DNA of 21,118 nucleotides from Candidatus Komeilibacteria bacterium (lineage in GTDB: Bacteria > Patescibacteriota > Patescibacteriia > UBA1558). The notes beneath the pieces were generated by a model. It had not been told where the DNA came from and ran no database searches. It saw only the letters and a program-made list of their open reading frames with translations. The stretch is taken from the NCBI GenBank assembly GCA_024654345.1, contig JANLIN010000056.1, forward strand, positions 1-21,118, written 5' to 3'. How positions within the stretch are numbered: the stretch's first letter is position 1; each line of letters opens with the position of its first letter. The position numbers and the translations under genes were made by a program. Of the stretch, positions 15,339 to 21,118 are shown piece after piece.

Positions 15339-16166
15339 ATGGCTCTTCGAAAGAGAAGATGGTACCAAATTTTCGGCTTAATCGCGGATATGTTCAGAAA
15401 TGCAATATCTGATAATATCTCCGACGATATTAAGCTGGAATCAGATGCTCGTCAAATGATGGCCGGATTAGAACAAATGTCCAATCTGGTCTCCTACAGC
15501 ATGACCATGGCTGATAATAAATACAAGGAACTTGCACTGAAGGTGCAAAATTATCAGAGCCTTCAAGCTCAAGCTCAGAAGTTCTTAGAGCAGGGCAAAG
15601 AAGAAATGGCGCGTCGCTGCGTTGCCTTAAAACAGCAAGCGGCTACAGATATTGAAACGCTGAAAAGCGACTATGTTACTCTTCAGCAAGACGCCGAAGA
15701 CAAAGTGGCTCGTTTCAAATCGGAAAAGAGAAAAGTGGATACAAGACTTAGGGAATTACCGCGTTTGAAACAGGATGTCAAGCTGATCCAGCAGCAGAAG
15801 GAAATTGATAAAACTTTTTCCACTCTTAGCCTCGAGAGCCCGAGTTCATCTTTTGATGAGATAGCGGGCGAAATAGGCATGAAAAAGGGTCAGCTTCAAA
15901 ACAAGCGACTCTTAGAGGGGGATCCGACTGCTGCTATTGACAATGCCATAGTCAATCAATTACAGGAAGATAATATTAACCAGGAGATGGCTCGGCTACG
16001 TCAGAAAATTAATGCTCCCACTATTGAAGATGCAGAATATACGGAAGTAAATGATCCCAACCTTGGTGAAGCGTTAAATTTGCTGGAAAAGCCACGCTTT
16101 GGAAATATTCCCGATACAAATATTCGCGGCGCCAACGTCCACAATGAACAGAAAAAGGAGGAATAG
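15339..16166 (+). CDS. pspA: PspA/IM30/Vipp1-family (ESCRT-III-like) membrane-stress protein
   Basis: 275 aa coiled-coil protein. The N-terminus RRWYQIFGLIADMFRNAISDNISD parallels the PspA [23 protein letters not shown]. A central LESPSSSFDEIAGE parallels the PspA ALSGISSSSAMSAFERMEEKI. The RBS is AGGAGGT. Confidence 0.7.
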   Translation: MALRKRRWYQIFGLIADMFRNAISDNISDDIKLESDARQMMAGLEQMSNLVSYSMTMADNKYKELALKVQNYQSLQAQAQKFLEQGKEEMARRCVALKQQAATDIETLKSDYVTLQQDAEDKVARFKSEKRKVDTRLRELPRLKQDVKLIQQQKEIDKTFSTLSLESPSSSFDEIAGEIGMKKGQLQNKRLLEGDPTAAIDNAIVNQLQEDNINQEMARLRQKINAPTIEDAEYTEVNDPNLGEALNLLEKPRFGNIPDTNIRGANVHNEQKKEE

Positions 16167-16168
16167 AC

Positions 16169-16870
16169 ATGAACTGGCAGGATCTATTAGAATGGCAAAA
16201 TCTTATTTTTGCCCTTCCTTTTGTCGGAGCTTTGTTTTATTTAGTATTATTGGCTACTGGTACCTTCTCGGCCGATCATGACATAGACCATGACATAGAC
16301 CATGACATAGACCATGACATAGACCATGACATAGACCATGATCATGGCATAGAACACACTCATGATGTCAGCGGCTTTATGAAGGCTCTAACTCTACTAG
16401 GTCTCGGCAAGGTACCACTCTCGATCTTATTGACCACCTTTTTCATCACATTTGGCTTCTTTGGACTTGTAGCAAATGGAGTTCTTCAAAAAATCCTAGT
16501 CTTTCCGATAGTGTATCTGTGGGTATCACTTGCTACCACTCTATTCCTATCAATCATCTTCACTCGCTCAATAGCGATCGGGTTGGCCAAAATTCTACCG
16601 ACGACTGAAACTTATGCTTCAAAGCCGGGAGATTTGATCGGCCTAGGCGGAGAAATAATCTACACCGCCACCGAGTTCAGCGGAACATGTGATGTTTACG
16701 ATAAGTATAACACTCTGTTACGCAAGCAGTGCCGCATAAAAAAGGGAAATGAGCCCATTCCTCCAGGGAAGAAAGTAGTCCTTCTGGAATACGATGAGGC
16801 TAATGGCGAATACATTGTATCTGAAAATAACTTAATGGAATCTATCACATCACAATCACAGGAGGTATAG
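16169..16870 (+). CDS. NfeD/YqiJ/YuaF-like membrane protein (flotillin-associated) with N-terminal (DHDI)n His/Asp-rich repeat and C-terminal OB-fold-like domain
   Basis: 233 aa with AGGAGG RBS. TM helices flank a DHDIDHDIDHDIDHDIDHDIDHDHGIEHTHD tract. The C-terminal beta-rich domain follows. It sits immediately upstream of flotillin, with a 2-nt gap. Confidence 0.6.
   Translation: MNWQDLLEWQNLIFALPFVGALFYLVLLATGTFSADHDIDHDIDHDIDHDIDHDIDHDHGIEHTHDVSGFMKALTLLGLGKVPLSILLTTFFITFGFFGLVANGVLQKILVFPIVYLWVSLATTLFLSIIFTRSIAIGLAKILPTTETYASKPGDLIGLGGEIIYTATEFSGTCDVYDKYNTLLRKQCRIKKGNEPIPPGKKVVLLEYDEANGEYIVSENNLMESITSQSQEV
16274..16348 (+). repeat. In-frame 12-bp tandem repeat (CATGACATAGAC) x5 perfect plus degenerate flanking copies, encoding (HDID)n
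   Basis: Five identical contiguous 12-mers at about 16277-16336, with diverged copies on each side. Confidence 0.85.
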
Positions 16871-16872
16871 TA

Positions 16873-18735
16873 ATGGAACATCATACAAAAAAGAATTCCG
16901 GCGGTCTTATGGGGGTCGTCGCAGTACTATTCGGTCTCGCCTTCATAATCCTGCCCCTGATGTTCAGTGAGGCAGTCACAGGCACAGCGCAAGTTATTTT
17001 AACATCGTTCGGCGTTCTCCTGCTACTCACGGGCGGCATAGTGGTAACTATCACCAAGCTCTACGTCAAAACGTCGGCTAATGAGGCCTTCGTTCGAACA
17101 GGTATGGGGGGTGAAAAGACTATAATTTCCGGCGGTGCCCTTGTTCTTCCGGTCGTTCACAACATTATCTGGGTTTCGTTGGAAACAATGAAACTAGTAG
17201 TGAAAAGAACTGGTGCAACAGCTTTGATTTGCGGCGATAAATTGAGAGCTGATGTTGTCTCAGAATTCTACATAAAGATAGAAAGAGATGCTCAATCAGT
17301 GCAGTCGGCAGCTACCTCCCTTGGCGGCAGATCAGTTAACGGGGATAGCATTAAGGAGCTGGTGGAAGAAAAATTCGTCTCAGCTCTGCGTACTGTATCT
17401 TCAACAATGGAATTGATGGACTTACATCAAAACCGCGCCAAATTCGCTGGCGATGTCCAAGCAATAGTTAGTAAGGATCTCGCGCCAAACGGATTGACCT
17501 TGGAAACAGTGACAATATCTACCTTGGATCAAACACCGGTCAATTCTATGCAATCCGGCGAGAACATATTCGATGCTCAGGGAGCAAGAAAAGTTGCAGA
17601 AATCGTTGAAAGCCAACGCGTTGCTACAACTAAAATCAAAACCAAAGCTGATCAGGACGTTAAATCCGAAGAGGTTACTCGCGATAAATTCATCTTTGCC
17701 CAGGAATATGAAGCAGCTAAAGCTGAAGCTGAGCGCGATGCCTTAATAAAGAAGGTACAGGCAGAGCAAGAGCAAGAAGCTGCTACCGTTACCGCACAGC
17801 AGGAAGAGAAGACTGGAATTGCACAGGTGAAGAAAGAGGAAAACATTGCTCTAGCCGGTGTTACAAAAGAAAAGAACCTTGAAGTAGCTAACAAACAACG
17901 CGAGCAGGCTGCTGAAACCGCGGACATCGAAAAGCAGAAAGCAGTTGAATTGGCAGCGCAGGATAAAGAAATCGCTGTTGCCGGTAAAGAAAAGGAAAAA
18001 GCAGAGGCTCAAAAGTTGAAATTTGATGCTGAAGCCCTCGAAGAAGAATCAAGACAGTCGGTCAGGACAGTAACCGAAGTTGAAACTGCTGACCGTGCCA
18101 AGAAGACAGCTATCATAGCAGAGGAAGCGGAAGCCGCCAAATCCAAGGTAAAAGAAAATACAAAGGCGGATGTAGACGCATATACAGTAACAAAAAAAGC
18201 CTCTGCCGATATGGAAGCGGCCGAAAACAAGGCGCAGGCTATTAGAACTCAGGCACAGGCTGATAGAGACGCCAAAGTTGCCGAAGCTGAAGGTAAAAAA
18301 GCTCTGGAAATGATTCCGGTTGAAGTTGAAGGCGCCCGCGTAGAAGTTCGTCAAAAGGACGTCGAAGTAACAGGCACTGAACTGAAATACAAGGCTGAGC
18401 ACCAGGAAATTTCCAAGGAATTGGAAATAGCGTTAGCCAATATTGCGAAGGATAAAGAAATAGGAGTTGCCAAAGCTCAGGCTCTGGGTCAGGCACTTAG
18501 CTCAGCTAACATGCAAATCTGGGGAGATAGCAATATGATGAGCACTATTACCAAATTGTTTACAAATGGTCAGGCAGGAGCCGCCGCTGTTAACGGTTTT
18601 ATGAGCCAACTTGACGAAGAAGGTGAAAATGTCCTCGTGATATTAAAGACCTTAGTTGAAAAGTTTGGCCATAAACTTGGCGACAAAGCCAAAGCCAAAA
18701 TAACTGACGTTATCAGTGAAACAGTAAAAAAGTAA
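16873..18735 (+). CDS. Flotillin-like SPFH/band-7 protein with N-terminal membrane anchor and long E/A/K-rich coiled coil
   Basis: 620 aa with AGGAGG RBS. N-terminal TM helices are followed by an SPFH-like region (VRTGMGGEKTIISGGALVLPVVHN...). A flotillin-type EA-repeat coiled coil spans about 300 aa. A C-terminal globular tail follows. Confidence 0.75.
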   Translation: MEHHTKKNSGGLMGVVAVLFGLAFIILPLMFSEAVTGTAQVILTSFGVLLLLTGGIVVTITKLYVKTSANEAFVRTGMGGEKTIISGGALVLPVVHNIIWVSLETMKLVVKRTGATALICGDKLRADVVSEFYIKIERDAQSVQSAATSLGGRSVNGDSIKELVEEKFVSALRTVSSTMELMDLHQNRAKFAGDVQAIVSKDLAPNGLTLETVTISTLDQTPVNSMQSGENIFDAQGARKVAEIVESQRVATTKIKTKADQDVKSEEVTRDKFIFAQEYEAAKAEAERDALIKKVQAEQEQEAATVTAQQEEKTGIAQVKKEENIALAGVTKEKNLEVANKQREQAAETADIEKQKAVELAAQDKEIAVAGKEKEKAEAQKLKFDAEALEEESRQSVRTVTEVETADRAKKTAIIAEEAEAAKSKVKENTKADVDAYTVTKKASADMEAAENKAQAIRTQAQADRDAKVAEAEGKKALEMIPVEVEGARVEVRQKDVEVTGTELKYKAEHQEISKELEIALANIAKDKEIGVAKAQALGQALSSANMQIWGDSNMMSTITKLFTNGQAGAAAVNGFMSQLDEEGENVLVILKTLVEKFGHKLGDKAKAKITDVISETVKK

Positions 18736-18757
18736 TACTAAAAAAATAAGTATTAAC

Positions 18758-18790
18758 AACCGGATGATCTATATCATCCGGTTTTTTTAT
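18758..18790. terminator. Bidirectional rho-independent terminator (AACCGGATGAT-CTAT-ATCATCCGGTT with flanking A-run and T-run)
   Basis: Perfect 11-bp stem between convergent flotillin (+) and the small membrane protein gene (-). Confidence 0.75.
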
Positions 18791-18793
18791 ACC

Positions 18794-19114
18794 CTACAAC
18801 GCCCAAAACAGGACAACCACCAACCCCGCCGCTAACATCAGCACGAAGATATAGCCGAGGGTATAGCCGATAATTTTCAACCCCTCGCTGATATGACCTT
18901 TGAACATAATATAGGCCGGATAACCGAAGACTGTCAGAGCCATCAAGCCGGCGGAAAAGACGAATAGCAGGAGAAACAAGGCCCCGCCGGTCCAGCCGAT
19001 ATTACCCACTTGTTCCAGGGAATTCATCAGCCACGCCACCAGCAAACAGTAAATAATGACACCCAAAGCCTGCAAAAGGGCAATATTGGCCGGTTTAAAA
19101 TATTCTTGGCGCAT
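18794..19114 (-). CDS. Small integral membrane protein (106 aa, about 3 TM helices)
   Basis: Highly hydrophobic sequence. No clear SD. It ends at the bidirectional terminator. Confidence 0.45.
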   Translation of the reverse strand: MRQEYFKPANIALLQALGVIIYCLLVAWLMNSLEQVGNIGWTGGALFLLLFVFSAGLMALTVFGYPAYIMFKGHISEGLKIIGYTLGYIFVLMLAAGLVVVLFWAL

Positions 19115-19170
19115 ACAATTAATAGTTGAATGATTATACGTACATTATATAACCGAACGTTGTTTGCGCC

Positions 19171-19200
19171 AATAAAAAACCAGCCTCTTATGAAGGCTGG
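19171..19200 (-). terminator. Rho-independent terminator for the histidine phosphatase gene (CCAGCCT-loop-AGGCTGG then TTTTTTATT on minus strand)
   Basis: 7-bp GC-rich stem directly after the stop at 19207, followed by a T-run. Confidence 0.65.
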
Positions 19201-19206
19201 GATATT

Positions 19207-20001
19207 TTAGCTGAATTTTTCTTTGAGTATCCGAAGCTCATGTTCCGTCTCAAGAGCATAGGTTCGTTCTGTTTTCCAGAGAACATAAGGAGGCTGAACC
19301 AATTCAATCCTGAACTTACCCCGACTCCAACCCCACAGTCTCTCTGGTGGACGGTAGTGAAGGATCGCGCAATTTACCAGATCCTGCTTTTTCCCGATGA
19401 CGAATAATTGTTCAGGGTCATGATGTTCCAATAGCTGACGTATCGCCAACATGACTGCGCTGTGGCAAAATACCGCCACCTTCTTGCCGGCCCAGTCGCG
19501 ACGAATGGTGTCCAAAAGACTGTGTAGCCGTAAGAAAAGATGAATATAATTCTCACCGCCCGGCGCTTTGGCGCTGAAGTACTTCCCATCACGTCTGTAC
19601 CGGCCGATATGATCGGGGTAATACTGTTCCAGGTATTCCGTCCCCATCATGTGTCCAACGCCGAAATCTTTTTCGTTCAACCTCGGATCTTGCCTCACCG
19701 TGAACAGCGGGAAAACCAACTCTGCTGTTTCGATAGCTCGTCTCATCTGAGAGGCGTACACAATGTCGGGTCTGAAATTAAGCCTGCCTCCGGTCTGACT
19801 GGATTGATCTCTCCCCATCGGACTCAGGGGCACCAAATGATTGGAGATATCAAAACCTAGGGCTTCCAATGGACTCTTTGCCAAACCTTCATCAACCCTT
19901 TCATAGCCAACCTGATGAAATCCATGCCCGTGACGAATAAATAGCATTTCCGGCCACGGTCCACGCAGCCATTCAAAAATATAGTTACCTAACCATCTCA
20001 T
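19207..20001 (-). CDS. Histidine phosphatase superfamily protein (phosphoglycerate-mutase-like)
   Basis: 264 aa with the RHG motif LFIRHGHG near the N-terminus and a second His context VFCHSAVM. The RBS is AGGAG. Confidence 0.65.
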   Translation of the reverse strand: MRWLGNYIFEWLRGPWPEMLFIRHGHGFHQVGYERVDEGLAKSPLEALGFDISNHLVPLSPMGRDQSSQTGGRLNFRPDIVYASQMRRAIETAELVFPLFTVRQDPRLNEKDFGVGHMMGTEYLEQYYPDHIGRYRRDGKYFSAKAPGGENYIHLFLRLHSLLDTIRRDWAGKKVAVFCHSAVMLAIRQLLEHHDPEQLFVIGKKQDLVNCAILHYRPPERLWGWSRGKFRIELVQPPYVLWKTERTYALETEHELRILKEKFS

Positions 20002-20036
20002 GGTCTACTCCTTTTTTTATTAAATAACGAATTTAA

Positions 20037-20068
20037 GTCATCTTACTCAAGATGACCGACCGTGTCAA
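20037..20068 (-). promoter_or_regulatory. Promoter TTGACA-17-TAAGAT (minus strand) with a 20-bp palindrome GTCATCTTactcAAGATGAC overlapping the -10; putative operator
   Basis: The -35 is the complement of 20063-20068 and the -10 the complement of 20040-20045. The perfect 8-bp-arm palindrome is at 20037-20056. A TGTCAagcTGACA palindrome and TGACATA direct repeats lie just upstream (20062-20090). Confidence 0.5.
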
Positions 20069-20094
20069 GCTGACATAGTTGACATATATTTTTT

Positions 20095-20235
20095 GAGTTC
20101 GACAATACAGTCCCTATAGTCGGTCCACACTATGAGTTCACCACTGGAATCCGGACAGGTAAACTGGTATTATACTTTGGCTTCGAACAGGAAAGATGGA
20201 ATATCAGAATTATAAATTCGTTCAGTTTTCAATAA
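20095..20235 (+). pseudogene. 3'-terminal gene fragment (about 47 in-frame codons plus stop) paralogous to the end of the secreted-protein gene 11417..11995
   Basis: About 80% nucleotide identity to 11855-11995. The frame is conserved and translates EFDNTVPIVGPHYEFTTGIRTGKLVLYFGFEQERWNIRIINSFSFQ* versus EFVNSDFVVGPHYGFTTGVWTGKLELYFGFQQESWNVRVVNSFNFQ* in the intact gene. An in-frame TGA lies just upstream, and there is no start or signal peptide. Confidence 0.7.
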
Positions 20236-20240
20236 TAAAT

Positions 20241-20268
20241 AAAGAGCCGTTATTTAAAACAGCTCTTC
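20241..20268. terminator. Diverged copy of the 11998-12027 terminator palindrome (AAAGAGCCGTTATTTAAAACAGCTCTT)
   Basis: Hairpin with one mismatch, homologous in position and sequence to the terminator after the intact gene. Confidence 0.55.
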
Positions 20269-20301
20269 TATATTAATTCTGCCATAACTATGCCTATGAT
20301 A

Positions 20302-21093
20302 TTACCAATAGGGCTTAAAGTCATGATTGCCCAGTAAAGAACAGTGTCTGGCTAAATAGTCAGACGAACTAACTAGCTGATAGCGCTTTTTAAATTCATA
20401 TTTATCTATCGTCGGTATTTGGTCCAAAACTACTTGAAAATCATCAAAATCCCACGACGACTTTTTATTTAAAATAACCCGCGCTACCAGTAACAACTCT
20501 TCATTTGGCTCAAAGTTATTCCACAATTCTTTAGGAATAAACCTTTTAAAGTGATAATTACCCATAGTAGGATAAAGCTTTATCATCACTCTCTTACTAC
20601 GGCAGAGCTTAATCTTGCTATCAAAACAAGAGATATCGGGCAGACTCACCTTCAGCCGACACTTTAAATACTCGGCCGTATGAGCACAATAATTTTTTAT
20701 TTCTTCTTCCACCACATTGTGATCCCGCTCCGTTTTACTTAAAGTGCTGAACATTTTGGATAAATACGGTAAAGGATGATGAACAACCGTTGTCCTGGCT
20801 TTATTGATATCAAGACGATGGAGCTCAGAGAACACTCCCGACCCTAGACCGAACTCATGAATCATACCGGGAATTACCGCCAGGGGCGTTAAGTCTAACT
20901 TTTCGAACCTTTCAATAATTTCCGCTCGACCCTTTTTATATCGAGTCTTGCTGTTAACTACCATGCTGTTATACCGCTTTAAATCATCCAGCGGAATTCC
21001 CTGTTTCAAAGAAACAGGGATTTCTCTCAAAACAGAGTCAAAATAATTCTTGATGAAGCGATCCACCTCTAAAATCCATTTCTCCTTTTTCAT
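20302..21093 (-). CDS. Hypothetical protein (263 aa), AT-rich; weak polymerase-beta-like nucleotidyltransferase hint (GLGSG-x9-DIN), not asserted
   Basis: Long ORF with GAAGGA RBS. Lower GC than the NAD cluster. No confident motif recognised. Confidence 0.4.
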   Translation of the reverse strand: MKKEKWILEVDRFIKNYFDSVLREIPVSLKQGIPLDDLKRYNSMVVNSKTRYKKGRAEIIERFEKLDLTPLAVIPGMIHEFGLGSGVFSELHRLDINKARTTVVHHPLPYLSKMFSTLSKTERDHNVVEEEIKNYCAHTAEYLKCRLKVSLPDISCFDSKIKLCRSKRVMIKLYPTMGNYHFKRFIPKELWNNFEPNEELLLVARVILNKKSSWDFDDFQVVLDQIPTIDKYEFKKRYQLVSSSDYLARHCSLLGNHDFKPYW

Positions 21094-21118
21094 TACTAAG
21101 TCCTTCTAATTATTGAAT

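Noticed and set aside
16274-16348. Tandem repeat considered as a possible CRISPR/minisatellite locus
   Set aside because: The units are contiguous with no spacers, and the tract is in-frame coding sequence inside a well-supported ORF.
17422-18496. Minus-strand ORFs (17422..17616, 17652..17927, 18009..18402, 18242..18496) inside flotillin
   Set aside because: They are antisense artefacts of the repetitive GAA/GCT-rich coiled-coil coding sequence, with low-complexity products.
12028-20094. Calling the bracketed 8.1-kb segment a mobile element
   Set aside because: No integrase, transposase, recombinase or terminal inverted repeats are visible. Only the duplicated gene 3' end is present, so it is reported as a finding rather than annotated as a mobile_element.

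Overview
The window looks like a bacterial chromosomal segment with about 50% GC and AGGAGG-type ribosome-binding sites; a signal-peptide, beta-rich protein hints at a diderm cell envelope. It has two parts.

Part A (1-10.7 kb, all on the minus strand) is a dense NAD salvage/biosynthesis cluster: a partial nadE-like C-N hydrolase N-terminus, NAD kinase, a Nudix hydrolase, nicotinate phosphoribosyltransferase PncB translationally coupled to an uncharacterised Rossmann (SLOG/DprA-like) protein, nicotinamidase PncA, and an NrtR-type Nudix-wHTH regulator. Inside that cluster sits a TerY-P-like phospho-signalling triad: a PP2C phosphatase, a Ser/Thr kinase with a zinc ribbon and a beta-propeller-like C-terminus, and a standalone vWA protein. 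An unusually large second nicotinamidase-family amidase is inserted between the kinase and the vWA gene. I flag this triad-plus-amidase operon as the most likely undescribed system.

Part B (about 12.0-20.1 kb) is a membrane-stress module bracketed by two diverged direct copies (about 174 bp each) of the 3' end and terminator of the secreted-protein gene. It carries a poly-zinc-ribbon protein with a membrane partner, two small proteins, PspA/IM30, an NfeD-like protein with an in-frame (DHDI)n 12-bp tandem repeat, a long flotillin, a small membrane protein and a histidine phosphatase.

Several sigma70-like promoters, rho-independent terminators and recurring intergenic palindromes are visible. 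No rRNA, tRNA, CRISPR, integrase or transposase was recognised. Fine coordinates of non-ORF features may be off by a base or two.
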